In this document: piece by piece, positions 1 to 12,167 of the stretch
Numbering within the stretch: the first letter of the stretch is position 1
How the letters are laid out: every line of letters starts with the position of its first letter
Assembly: GCF_006345805.1 (NCBI RefSeq)
Contig: NC_043009.1
Coordinates: 24,800,001-24,864,000, forward strand
Source: Octopus sinensis
Lineage: Eukaryota
DNA: 64,000 bases
Reading direction: 5' to 3'
Made by a program: the position numbers and the translations under genes
The notes under the pieces: generated by a model
The model's database searches: none
Told to the model about the DNA's origin: nothing
Seen by the model: the letters and a program-made list of their open reading frames with translations, nothing else

Positions 1-50
1 ATTGTGCCTATTATATGCATACATACAGACATATATACATACAAAAAATA

Positions 51-112
<62 letters not shown>

Positions 113-469
113 TAGTATGTATATATATATAACGTGTGTGTGGTGCGTGGGGTGTTGGTGTGTATGTATATATTGCTTTTTTCTTGTATATACATACACA
201 CACACACACACACACCATATATATATAATATATATATATATATTGCTGTATTACCATATATGTACTTCTGAAAATCAATCCCAATTCTTCTACATTCATA
301 TCTATGCATTATTACTACATAGCTTAGGTTTTAAAATAAAGCGATGGACCAATTGCGTTGCTTGATCCGCTTACTAGGTTCAGTATTTGGACTGTGGCCA
401 TATCAGGGCTTTATATTTAATAGGGTATTATATTTAACATTTAGTAATTTTATACTGCCTCTTAAGGCC

Positions 470-550
470 AACACATGTTTCAATTGTACCAATTAAATAT
501 CGTTGTAATTGCAACCCTACTATATAACGATGCAGTCTCTTCAGCTTCTT
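470..550 (-). ncRNA. Decayed type I hammerhead-like motif about 180 nt downstream of the Penelope-like ORF stop
   Basis: Minus strand reads CTGAAGA (544-538) gactg...caatt GAAAC atgt GTT (472-470). Helix II is imperfect and helix I is broken. Confidence 0.5.
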
Positions 551-726
551 TGCTTGATATCATTAAATGGTATGGCCATTTAATGGTTTTCTTTTATAAA
601 CTCTGCGTTGTATAATGCAGGGCTGTCCGTTAAATCAGGTGCGGGCAATCTCTATTTCAAGTTCTTATAGGACAATCATTTTCAGTTCATTATTTCAAAA
701 CCTTCTATAGTTTAAATGGTCATTAT

Positions 727-1470
727 TCATTTATTCTTGGCAAACGTGAATTTCCTCGTGTGCAGGCTTCTGTGTGTTTGCTCCTGTCTAGAATTTAACA
801 CATTATCTTTGAATGCGAAAATCCTGTAAAATCCTTCTAAACATAGGTCATATCTATTGGTTCCAAGTGTGTATGGTTTTGTAGTACAAATTAATTCCCA
901 TTTACATTATTTACATTATTTAGATTATTTTTGTTCTCATCTTGTTTGTTGTTAACACAAAGTTTCGGCTGATATACTCTCCAGCCGTAAACAGGTGTCT
1001 TGGGGAAGAAAGCTAGAGGGTATATCAGCCGAAACGTTGTGTTAACAATAAACAAGATGAAGACAAATATCCATCGAATGTATATAATGTAAATAATGTA
1101 CATAATTCTTCATCTCTTAAATATAGAACTGTAATTCCCATTTAATAGTATAGTCCTTGTTGCTATCATTAAAAGACCAGATTAATTTGCTAAGACTCGT
1201 TTGGAACCTCTTTATTTTTGTCTTTAAATTAACTCAAATGATTTGCCAGTCTCCTCTTGAAAATTAACGATGTCCTACTGATGCAAAGGAATTCCTGACC
1301 CTCGGATGTAACTCACTATACATCTATATATGACATTTTTAGTTTTACACGTATTTTCCACATAACAGGATCCCTGTTTTGAGCAATTGCAAAGATAGTC
1401 TTTTATATTTCTCTCAGATTTAGTTTCAATTTGATCATTCATTGACGATGGCCTTCTTTCAATTTCTGCA
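727..1470 (-). pseudogene. Decayed Penelope-like element ORF C-terminus (Cys linker plus GIY-YIG endonuclease), split by an insertion at 905-1131
   Basis: Manual minus-strand translation: CNCSKQGSCYVENTCKTKNVIYRCIVS ... CISRTSLIFKRRLANHLS* ... DYTIKWE|LICTTKPYTLGTNRYDLCLEGFYRIF..DNVLNSRQE. This matches the PLE pattern CNC..C..C..N(V/I)(V/I)Y ... YIG.T..FK.R..NH ... W....KPY...C.LCL.EK..LN.R.E. Stops and frameshifts are present. Confidence 0.75.
905..1131. mobile_element. 227-bp head-to-head foldback insertion with hammerhead remnants, flanked by a 13-bp target-site duplication
   Basis: taattcccattta at 892-904 and 1132-1144. Arm of about 930-986 is the reverse complement of about 1011-1070. 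Same sequence as the SINE tail at 12100-12238. Confidence 0.85.
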
Positions 1471-1477
1471 CAAAACT

Positions 1478-1550
1478 CGAGGTGCCACGCAGTAGGACTG
1501 AACCCGGAACCATGTGGTTGTGAAACAAACTTATTTCCACACAGCCACAC
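1478..1550 (-). mobile_element. tRNA-derived SINE family A, 5' fragment
   Basis: Reverse complement gtggctgtgtgg...ccacatggttccgggttcagtcc matches the heads at 4818 and 5712. Confidence 0.75.
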
Positions 1551-2414
1551 TTCCACTTGTTTCTAGAAGCTCTTTAAGCAGACTTTTACGTAACGAAAAT
1601 TCAATATTAAAAATTATACGCATAAATGGGAATCTGTAATCAGCGTAGGAGAAACTGGTTTTCATTGCAATCGTCCATAAATACGCACCTTTTCATTACT
1701 TTTGAAAGGAATGTTTTCATCTGCACAACAGTTTCCTTAAAGAGTTTCATACTTTCCATTTTCTTTACTCTTTTTTTTTCCAGCAGTAACTGGACTTTCA
1801 TATATTTAAATGATAGATGTTTTGATGGGAATTTCAATCAATATATTCTTTGTTAAAAATACGGTTTGTATTTGGTATCTTAAATATTTTCAACAACGAT
1901 CTTAGGTCAGTAGTAATCTTTGCTCCGTGAAGTGCTTCGTTATGTTTTCATAGGAACGCCATATTGTACCCGTAGGTAGTATCTTAATGACATTCGAGAT
2001 CTCTTACTGATTGCATCTGAACTATTTCTCCGAGGAATAGAACATTCTCGACATTTGTGATTACGCATTAGAGATTTTCGTGTTTAACTGTCTCTTCCGC
2101 AACATAAGTATTTCCCGGCTGTGGGATTGAAAGAAAAAACAGCAACAAAACATACATAGACCTACGTAAACCTGTGATTAAGAGTCTTGCTCTACCACTC
2201 GAATCTTCGTGGTTTCGTTCACTATGCTCAGTGAGATTCTACTCATTGCTTTGGTCTCCATCGTGGCACCATTTACTTTCCCATTTTCTCTTTACTCACA
2301 ACAAACCGAATGTATGTTTACCATTTCCAACCGGGCAGCACTTACTGCTGCTCCTAGCAGAGAATTTTTTTCTTTTACTCTCATTTTGAAATTTTTTTGA
2401 GAGCAATTTTTTTC

Positions 2415-2597
2415 TTTTATTTGTTTCAGTCATTTGACTGCGGTCATGCTGGAGCACCGCCTTTAGTCGAGCAAATCAACCACAGGACTTGTTCTTTGTA
2501 AGCTTAGTGCTTATTCTAGCGGTCGCTTTTGCCGAACCGCTAAGTTACAGGGACGTAAACACACCAACATCGGTTGTCAAGCGATGGTGGAGCGATA

Positions 2598-2634
<37 letters not shown>

Positions 2635-2707
2635 ATACACACACACACACACATATATATATATACGACAAGCTTCTTTCAGTTTCCGTCTACCAAATCC
2701 ACTTACA
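2415..2707 (-). mobile_element. SINE family A, 3' part
   Basis: Shares gactgcggtcatgctggagcaccgcctttagtcgagc and gtttccgtctaccaaatccac with the copies at 4818-5238 and 5356-5712. Confidence 0.85.
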
Positions 2708-3057
2708 TTCTCTGCACTTTGCACTTTTCCTTGATTCAAGTATTTTTGCTGCAATGACTGGCATTCGTCCGCAATGACTGGCATGGAGCTGCCAATATGA
2801 GTCCTTCCATTTCCTTCTTAGGGCTTCCTTTCTTCAGCTACAACCAAAACTCATCTGCTGCGACGTCCTGTGTTCATTTGAGTCGTTGACCATGCAGTTC
2901 CTTTCCTATGACGTTTCTTTCTCACTCTGGCTTTCTTCTCTTCCTTTATTCCGTTGCTGTTTTCACAGCTTCCTTCACATCTCTGATAGATCAAATCAGT
3001 ATGAGTTACTTCTCACCAGTCATACTGAGATATTTCCCATCCGTTTATATCATTATT

Positions 3058-3225
3058 AGCTGGCAGAATCGTTACCACGCCGGGGAAATTTCTTAGCAGC
3101 CTGCCGTCCGTAGTTACGTTCTGAGTTCAAATTCGAGGGTCGATAAAATAAGTACCGTTTGACCACTGGGGGCCAATGTAATCGATTTAACCCCTCCAAC
3201 AAAATATCAGGCCTTGTGATTATAG
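3058..3225 (+). mobile_element. tRNA-derived SINE family B
   Basis: gctggcagaatcgtta...gttctgagttcaaatt...gtcgataaaataagtacc, with a B-box-like gagttcaaatt. Many copies in the window. Confidence 0.8.
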
Positions 3226-3232
3226 AAGAATC

Positions 3233-3290
<58 letters not shown>

Positions 3291-3327
3291 TATATCATTA
3301 TTGTTATTATGGTTATTATTATTGTTG

Positions 3328-3386
<59 letters not shown>

Positions 3387-3642
3387 GTTATTATTATTAT
3401 TATTATTATTATTTATTCATTCCCTATTGCACTTCCAGCCTTTGTCGATTTTCTTCTCTAATCAAAGAACTTTGACTAGACTCATGCAAATTCATAACCG
3501 AATAACGCTTCTTAGTATGTGTGTGTGTATGCGTGTGTGTGTGTGTTTATCTATATCTATTTTTCTAGCTATCTGTCTATGTTTATATATGTGCATATGT
3601 GTGTGTTTGTATGTATGAAGCTAGACGTATATATATATATAT

Positions 3643-3673
<31 letters not shown>

Positions 3674-3721
3674 GTGTGCGCGCGTGGGCGTGTCTATATC
3701 TATTTCTATCCATCAATGCTA

Positions 3722-3781
<60 letters not shown>

Positions 3782-4713
3782 ACATACATATCTAGACGCA
3801 CATATATAGGATAATCTACTTCTATGTATGTATACTTTTATCTATATACGTGTGTGTTATATGCTAACATAAATGTATACATATATGACACACACATGCA
3901 TACACCCATATGTGTATTCACATATATGTATGTATATATACGTATATAAACTTACGTATATATATATGTATGTGTTGTATATATATATTCTATGTATATG
4001 TATATATATATATATATATTATATATATATATATATATATCGATATATACATATATACATATATATAATTTCATATATTGAGAATCACAAACATGACATC
4101 TCAACAAACAGACGACAGCTGTTTATGGTAAGGACAGGCGAAAGAAAGAACGAGATTAGAATGTAACCTATAAAAGCTTCCAATTTTTCATTTCCCATAA
4201 TGCAGCGGCCGTTCTGTGGTCTCTATTTTAGCTATTTCCGTTTGACCAGCTGTTTAGGACAGCATCCGTCATCGGCTTGCGTTTATTTCAGCTTTGACCA
4301 ATCGATATAACGAAATATAAAGACCGACGTTGGCTTGGATGGTAAAAAGTGGCGAACGGACGGATAACGGGGAATAAAAGAGAGATAGATGGATGGATGA
4401 ATGAATAAATTGAATGATGAATAGTTAGACAGCCAGATACGTTATGTGGTAGAAATGCGGACGAATAAATCGATATTGAAAATAAGATGGAGGTTTGGCT
4501 GGATGGATAGGTATAGGACTAAAGAGTGGAAAAGATAGTTATACAGAAAGATAAATAGCTGGAATGACAGTAAACGAGATACAAAGTTAGGTTGCTAGAT
4601 AGCGTGAAACGTGCGCAAAGTTGTATATTTAGATCTATCTATCACTCTGTCTCTCTCTGTCTCTCTCTCTTTCTATCTATCTATGTGTGTGCATGTGTAT
4701 GTATACATGTGTG

Positions 4714-4779
<66 letters not shown>

Positions 4780-4817
4780 CATAAAAATTTGTGCATACAT
4801 ATATACTTACATATATA

Positions 4818-5238
4818 GGCGCAGGAGTGCCTGTGTAAATAGCTTGCTAACCATATGGTTCCGGGTTCAGTCCCACTGCATGGCACCTTGGGCAAGTGTC
4901 TTCTACCATAGCCACGGGCCGACCAAAACCTTGTGTGTGGATTTGATAGACGGAAACTGAAAAAAGCCCGTCGTATATTTATATGTATGTATATGTGTGT
5001 CTGTGTATATATGCATATGTATATATGTGTGTGTGTGTGTAAATGTTTGTATGCCTGTTTATCCAACGTCATTTGACAACGATGCTGGTGTGTTTACGTC
5101 CCCGTAACCTAGCGGTTCGGCAACAGAAACCGATAGAATAAGTACTAGGCTTGCAAGTCATAAGTCATGGAGTCGATTTGTTCGACTAAAGGTGGTGCTC
5201 CAGCATGGCCGCAGTCAAATTACTGAAACAAGTAAAAG
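4818..5238 (+). mobile_element. SINE family A, near full length
   Basis: tRNA-like head (ggttccgggttcagtccc), internal (TA/TG)n spacer and tail ending ttactgaaacaagtaaaag. Confidence 0.9.
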
Positions 5239-5355
5239 TGTGAAAGAGATATACACACATACATGCATACAAAGACCCGGACACACACACATACACACAC
5301 ACAAATGCGAATACGCACACGTAGATGTATACACACATACTTATGTATAAACATA

Positions 5356-5712
5356 CTCTTTTACTTGTTTCAGTCATTTGACTGCGGCCATGCTGGAGCA
5401 CCACCTTTTAGTACTTATTCTATCGGTCTCTTTTTGCCGAACCGCTAAGTGACGGGGACCTAAACACACCAGCATCGGTTGTCAAGCAATGCCAGGGGGA
5501 CAAACACAGACACACAAACACACGCATACATATATATATACATATATACGACAGGCTTCTTTCAGTTTCCGTCTACCAAATCCACTCACAAGGCATTGGT
5601 CGGCCCGGGGCTATAGCAGAAGACACTTGCCCAAGATGCCACGCAGTGGGACTGAACCCGCAACCCTGTGGTTGGTTAGCAAGCTACTTACCACACAGCC
5701 ACTCCTGCGCCT
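5356..5712 (-). mobile_element. SINE family A, tail-to-tail with the copy at 4818-5238
   Basis: Reverse complement of the preceding copy with an internal deletion. Confidence 0.9.
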
Positions 5713-5888
5713 ATACGTACATCTATGAGATAGAATATAGTGTAATATATTATTATATTATATAATATATATGTGTGTGTATACAAATAAATACACAAAC
5801 ATACATGCATATATATATAATATATATATATACGCACGAACACACACTCTCATATATCTATATTTACAATTATCTTATGAACCTCCTT

Positions 5889-5968
5889 AGCTAACAGCTG
5901 TTTCTGCGATAAGATGCGATACAGTCATAGTTGAGTGCTTGCGTAACGTCGATTGCTTCATCAGACCT
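5889..5968 (-). ncRNA. Partly decayed type I hammerhead motif
   Basis: Minus strand: aggt CTGATGA (5964-5958) a-gcaat...atcgc-a GAAAC agct GTT agct. Helix III is the palindrome AACAGCTGTT; helices I and II each have a mismatch. Confidence 0.6.
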
Positions 5969-6654
5969 TCAAACCTGAACTGCCATTTCATGTTTGAAGC
6001 TCTGATAGAGCTAAAGGACGTTAATTAATCACCTAAAATCTGAGTGTATTGCACCTTATAGCAGAAACAACTGTGAGTTAATGAAGTTGACAACATAATT
6101 CTTTATACGTTTGTCATCTCAATTTTTCATACTTTATTCAACTTCCATCAGTACTTACTCTCATTGCAGTGCCACTCACCAGAGATGCTCTCTGGAATTC
6201 TACTGATGGCTTTTGGTTCACATCGTGACATCATTTACTTTATCGTTTTCCATTCACACACCACACAAAACTGAATGTATCTTTTCTATTTTTACCATTT
6301 CGAACCGGGTGGTAATTATCCAGTCCTACTACTAGCAGAGACTTTTCTCTTTTGCTTCAATCAATAGGTTTTCTCTTAGGCACATGGCCTAGTGGCCGAG
6401 CATTTTCGTAGTTTCGATCCCCAGAAGGGAAGCAAAACACCTCATTTCACGTCGCTCCTCTCTACTAGTTGGTATTCTTCCGACAGAGTATTCTTGCGAC
6501 AGACGGACGCCCCACCAACAGGAATATTGTCGTCTTGGTCACTTGTACGCTATGGAAACAGAATAATTCCCCTCCCCCATAAGTTCTAGGCGTCGAGAGA
6601 GTAATGCTCGAAGGCTACTTACATATTGGTTTCATATTTTGATATAAGGACAGC

Positions 6655-6838
6655 AGTTTGGGGCCAGGCGTTAAGTCGATTACATCAACCCCAGTGCTGA
6701 ACTGGTTACTATTTTTCGACCTCGAAAGGGTGAAAGGCAATGTCGACCTGGGCGGAATTCGAACTCAAATCGCTATGACGGACAAAATGCCGCAAAGCGT
6801 TTTGCCTGAAGTGCTAGCGGTTCTGCCAACTCACAACC
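6655..6838 (-). mobile_element. SINE family B
   Basis: cgaaagggtgaaaggcaatgtcgacctgggcggaattcgaactca, the reverse complement of the family B body. Confidence 0.8.
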
Positions 6839-7474
6839 TTAATATTTATATATTAATCATAATTTGAACAAGACCTTGCCATCTGCTTGATGAAGCTTAG
6901 ATGCCTTTCATCCGTAGTACTACACTCCTATCAATCACAAGTCTAATTTTTACTATCGCGTTTTCAAAGTGAAAATATTTTGACACAAATTAAATTTAGA
7001 TGTTGAATTGAATCTAACGGTTTTTTTACGCGTTCTTAAATGGTTCATATACATCTTCCACGCTGCAATTGTATATATATATATATATATATATATTGTG
7101 TATAAGAGTGTATAAAGGTTTAAACACAGAGAGAAGACCCTTGACAGGACTTCTACATACTAAAAAGGCTGGTTAAAACCAAACCACGAAAAAAGAATTG
7201 TTAAGGCACGCTGCTAATAGGCACCAGAGTAAATAAAAAATTAGCTAATCCTATACTCGAGTTTCGTTGTGAATGACCAAATAAATTAATTGGGTATCTG
7301 TAGCTTCAGTACTTAGCGAAAACACGCGGCAAACACATGCACGAGACAGCTCCATCTTTATACGTTATGGGTTTAAAAATTAATGCGCGAGCGTAGTCAA
7401 AATAGTATAGCAGTAAATAAAATTAAAATGTGTTATATAGCCTAAGAATTGGAAAATTTTACTGCATAAGTATA

Positions 7475-8708
7475 CAATTGATGCCAAAATGTTCAGAACG
7501 GCATTGTTTTCGTCAGAAAAGTAGGTAGAAGTTTTTATCAAAGTTGTTTTATATTCTATAATTTTCACAGACAATAAATACAATATTATATGATATTGTC
7601 TGAGATTTTGGTGTAATTTGAGAGGATAATACAAAAGTTATGGATGATTTAGTGATTTACTGCAAAACCCATGGCGGCCAAAATGATCAGAACGGTTGCT
7701 TTTACTCCATGTTTTAGTATATTTAACCGCCGAACTCTAATGTTTTGAATTTGTTTACGTGACAGTTCGTTTACTAAATATTAGTAAGAATATCTGCAGT
7801 GTACTTTGTTAATATAATGCCACTTACTCCGTTACCAATTCGTCAGCAGATTATTAAGCTTCGAAAGAAGGATAATTTAAGTATTAGGTCTATTGCAAAG
7901 ATTGTTAACAAGTCAAAAAGTGTTGTTCACGGTATTCTTAAGGTCTACGATGATTGTGGTTCGTGTGAAGCAAGAAAGTCTACAGGTAGGCCAAGAAAAA
8001 CGACCAAGAGAGAAAATCGTGCTATGGTTAAAAAGGACAGATTCAAAACTGCTGCTGCTGTTTTTCGGGAAATGAGCATTGTACTGAAGAAAACTTTATC
8101 TCGAAAAACTGTGTCCCGTCCTTTAGTTGAACATGACCTACAAGCAAGAGCACCTGCAGTGAAGCAACTGATCAGCTCCAAGAATAAAAAGTGTCGTCTT
8201 ACCTTTGCAACCGAACATGTGTTGTGGTCTCAAGAAAATGGCAAACGGTGCATTTCAGTGATGAATCTAAGTCTATGTTATTTGGCTCAGATGGGAAAGG
8301 TACGTTGTCGAAAAGCAGTGAAAATTGTCAGCTAAATGCCTTAAGACTAGTGTTAAATTCGGTGGAGGAAGTGTCATGGTTTGGGGGATGATATCTGGAG
8401 ATGGTGTGGGCCCTTTGGTGCGATTACATGGAATGGTAAATGCAGGAGTTTATAAACAACTTGTAAAAGATCATGTCTTGCCTGTGCTGAGAAATTCAAC
8501 TAAGCGACCACCCATATTCATGCAGGACAATGCCCCATGTCACAAGGCTAAGGTGGTCATGAACTTCCTCAAGGCTGAAAAGGCTATTGTTATGGATTGC
8601 CCTGCTCAGAACCCAGACCTCAATCCTATTAAAAAGGTGTGGAATATTCTAGGAGAACGTTTGAAAGCCAGAAATCCTAAAACAACCGAGCAATTATTGG
8701 AATACCCT
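7475..8708 (+). mobile_element. Tc1-family DNA transposon (left IR/DR end plus frameshifted transposase); right end lost in an assembly gap
   Basis: TA at 7473-7474 precedes CAATTGATGCCAAAATGTTCAGAACGG, and gccaaaatg(t/a)tcagaacgg recurs at 7677 (inner direct repeat). Confidence 0.85.
7817..8708 (+). pseudogene. Tc1-like DD34E transposase with frameshifts
   Basis: Paired-type HTH plus GRPRKTT, V.FSDESK, VKFGGGSVMVWG, FMQDNAPCH and P.QNPDLNPIKKVW (catalytic E appears as K), spread over three frames. Confidence 0.92.
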
Positions 8709-8808
8709 NNNNNNNNNNNNNNNNNNNNNNNNNNNNNNNNNNNNNNNNNNNNNNNNNNNNNNNNNNNNNNNNNNNNNNNNNNNNNNNNNNNNNNNNNNNN
8801 NNNNNNNN
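8709..8808. other. Assembly gap (100 N)
   Basis: Run of 100 N. Confidence 1.
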
Positions 8809-8950
8809 TGTTTTCGTATTTCATGTTGTTTGCTGTTGGTCACGTCCCTGTACCACATATGCATATGTATGTATATATATATATGTGTGTATTACATATA
8901 TATGTACATATATATATATGTGTGTGTGTTGTGTGTGCACACGCACACAC

Positions 8951-8981
<31 letters not shown>

Positions 8982-9132
8982 CACACGCACACCACACACA
9001 CACAACATATGTATTATATAGCTAGCTATAGATAGATGTATGCATGTATGTATACTAGTGTATGTATTTCTATGTAAATAAGTTATGACATATGTAGATA
9101 TGTTGGAATTACGTATGTCATGATGTTATATA

Positions 9133-9432
9133 TTCTTTTCTACTCTAGGTACAAGGCCCGAAATGTTTTGGGCGAGGTGCCCAATCGATTAGATTGACCC
9201 CACTACGCAACTGGTACTTAATTTATCGACCGCGAAAGGATGAAAGGTAAAGTCGACCTCGGTGGAATTTGAACTCAGAAGGTAAAGACAGACGAAATAC
9301 CTATTTCTATTTACTATCCACAAGGGGCTAAACACAGAGAGGACAAACAAGGACAGACAAACGGATTAAGTCGATTTCCTCGACCCCAGTGCGTAACTGG
9401 TACTTAATTTATCGACCCCAAAAGGATGAAAG
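9133..9432 (-). mobile_element. SINE family B with an internally duplicated module
   Basis: actggtacttaatttatcgacc..gaaaggatgaaag occurs twice (about 9210-9245 and 9396-9432). Confidence 0.85.
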
Positions 9433-9748
9433 CGATCGCCAGCGCAAATCCTTCACCACTCGACCATGGACTCGCTGGAACTCTCTAAAGGACTTAAATA
9501 GAAGTAAAAAAAAACTAGATATAGATATACATGACGGGCCCACGGTCTAGCGGTTGGTTTATTTGTGTGTAAGTACGTACGTATGTACGTATGCACGTAT
9601 GTATGTATGCATGTACGTATGTATATATGTGTATATGTATTATATATATGTGCGTATACATATTTACATGTATATGTGTATGTGTGTATACATACGTACA
9701 TAGATGCATGTAAGCATAAATACATACATACATACATACATACATACA

Positions 9749-9782
<34 letters not shown>

Positions 9783-9784
9783 GA

Positions 9785-9910
9785 TACATGCTTACATACA
9801 AGCTTGGATTCTCAGGAAAAGAAATCAACCGTCAGATTCGCACCTTGCAAATACAATCTGTATGCGGAAGAGTAAAACTATGCGAGTCTTTTCTCAAGTT
9901 TAAAATGTGA
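9785..9910 (+). pseudogene. Possible extreme C-terminus of an RLE-type non-LTR retroelement
   Basis: LTYKLGFSGKEINRQIRTLQIQSVCGRVKLCESFLKFKM* loosely resembles RLE-element C-termini (recall only). Confidence 0.3.
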
Positions 9911-10225
9911 CATTGCTTTTTTTATTTGCATTCCAGCAATGGAGTATTCTATCGCCGTTAGAACCCAGCTCCTTCTTCAGAGGAAGGAATTTAAATGATT
10001 AAATACAGAAAAGACGCATAAATATAGAAGGCAATCGAATAAAGAATGAGATTCAAAAAATGTAGTCATCGTTTCGCATGTGCGTGTGTATATATATATT
10101 ATCGATCCCAGGACTTATTTTTTGTAAGCCTAGTACTTAAACTATCGTCTGTTTTTGCCGAGTCGCTAAGTGACGGGGATGTAAACACACCAACATCGGT
10201 TATCAAGCGATGATGGGGCACAAAT

Positions 10226-10271
<46 letters not shown>

Positions 10272-10290
10272 GTACACCTTATTGTTTATG

Positions 10291-10455
10291 ACCTGGGTTC
10301 TCATTTCTAAGGTATTTTTCGATGTTGTTGTTGTTGTTATTGTTATTATTATCATTATCATTATTATTAATATCATTATTATTCAGGTCACTGCCTGGAA
10401 TCGAACTCGGAAACTTGGAGTTAGTAGCCCGTGCTCTTAACCACTACGTCACATG
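10291..10455 (-). mobile_element. tRNA-headed SINE family C, 3'-truncated, head-to-head with the next copy
   Basis: Minus strand: cgtagtggttaagagc (A box) ... gagttcgattcc (B box) - (AAT)n - aacatcgaaaaataccttagaaatgagaacccaggt. Confidence 0.85.
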
Positions 10456-10523
10456 CACGTAGTTAAGAGCGCGAGCTACTAACCCCAATATTTCGAGTTC
10501 GATTCCAGGCGTGACCTGAAAAA

Positions 10524-10594
<71 letters not shown>

Positions 10595-11995
10595 TTAAAA
10601 AAAAAGAATATTATAGACGAGTTAGATCAATACTAAAAACAGAGCTCAATGCTAAAAACAAGATAATAGGTATCAACACTTTAGCTGTCCCAGTTATAAG
10701 TTACAGCTACAATATCCTTAACTGGACACGAAATGAACTGTCCAAAATAGATAGGAAAATAAGAAAAATACTGACAGGATCTAGGATGCATCACCCAAAA
10801 TCTGACATAGAAAGACTATATAACAACGTATAGAAGGTGGTAGAGGCCTTATACAGCTGGAAAACTACTATAAAATAACCACCATAGGACTGCAAAAATA
10901 CCTACTTCAGAAGGAAGGAAAACTGATCCAGATAGCAGCAAAACACGAGCAAAACAAAAACACTGTTCTCAGTATTTAAGGAAGCTGACAAATACAAACA
11001 AGAAATCATACCACCTAATAAACACAAAGAAGAAGAAGAAGATGATGAAGAAACAACAAAAAAACTATAAAACAAATGAAATCCAAACTAAAAATAGAAC
11101 AGCAACGGCCATGATAAAACGATGGCAAGAAAAACCCCTTCATGGTAAATACTGCACTAAACTAAACGCAAAAGAAATAGACAAAGAAAAATCCCAGCAA
11201 TGGTTGAGAAGCTCAGGACTAAAAGCAGAAACAGAGGGATTTTTAATTGCAGCAGCACAAGACCAAAGCCTCCCCACCAGAAATTACAAAAAACATGTAA
11301 TGAAAAGAAATATTACAAGTAACTGCAGAATATGTGGAGATGGACAAGAAACAATAAATCATATTATCTCTAGTGCCAGTCCTGGCTAAGAAGGAATATA
11401 TTCACAGACATGACAGAGTTGGAACCTACATACATTGGAAGCTATGCCAACATATGGAATAATAACAGAAAAAAGATGGTATAGGCACACACCAGAGAAA
11501 AGGTCACAGAAAACGAGAAAGCAACCATACTCTGGGATATGCCGATACACACAGATAGAGAAATTAAGGCCAACAGACCAGATATAGTTGTCAGAGATCA
11601 TGAACAAAAAAAATGCTTTCTAATTGATGTATAAATACGGCAGATGACAACGTGTCTCTAAAAGAAATGGAGAGAAACTCTCAAAATACAAAGACCTGGA
11701 AATAGAGGTAACTAGAATGTGGAACCTGAAAACAGAAACAATTCCTATCATAGTAGGTGCATTAGGCATGATAAAAAAATATTCAGACAAATACATAACA
11801 AAAAACACCAGGACTTACAAACACATATAACATACAGAAAATTTTCACTACTAGGCACTGCACACATCCTACTCAGAACATTTTCCATACAATAAAACCA
11901 TCAGAGCATCACAACAAATCACAGCACTACCCAAGGCACACAGAGCTGCGCTCGGTAGTGAAGTGAAAGCACGCTATAAAAATAAAACTACTGAA
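10595..11995 (+). mobile_element. 5'-truncated R4/Dong-clade non-LTR retrotransposon (RT thumb, CCHC knuckle, restriction-like endonuclease, 3' UTR), frameshifted
   Basis: INTLAVPVISYS, EGGRGL, SSGLKAETEGFLIA.AQDQSLPTRNY, CRICGDGQETINHIISS, RPDIVVRD, KYKDLEIEVTRMWNLKTETIPIIVGALG. Flanked by (AAT)n on both sides. Confidence 0.9.
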
Positions 11996-12000
11996 AAAAT

Positions 12001-12047
<47 letters not shown>

Positions 12048-12120
12048 TTAATAACAACAACAACAACAACAACATCGAAAACTACCTTAGGAATGAGAAG
12101 CCAAGTTTGAAATTTACCCA

Positions 12121-12167
12121 AGATACCTGATGAAGGCTGGAGGGTATATCAGGCGAAACCTGAGTTA
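12121..12167 (+). ncRNA. Hammerhead core in the SINE C tail (3' side decayed)
   Basis: CTGATGA 12127-12133, a-ggctg...caggc (helix II, one mismatch), GAAAC 12155-12159. The copy at 1026-1043 retains cagccGAAACGTTgtgtt. Confidence 0.7.

Noticed and set aside
2180-2400. Similarity to 6150-6360
   Set aside because: An old diverged interspersed repeat with no diagnostic features to classify.
10381-10520. tRNA genes (also 21300-21381)
   Set aside because: Only A/B-box heads without a full cloverleaf, attached to SINE bodies.
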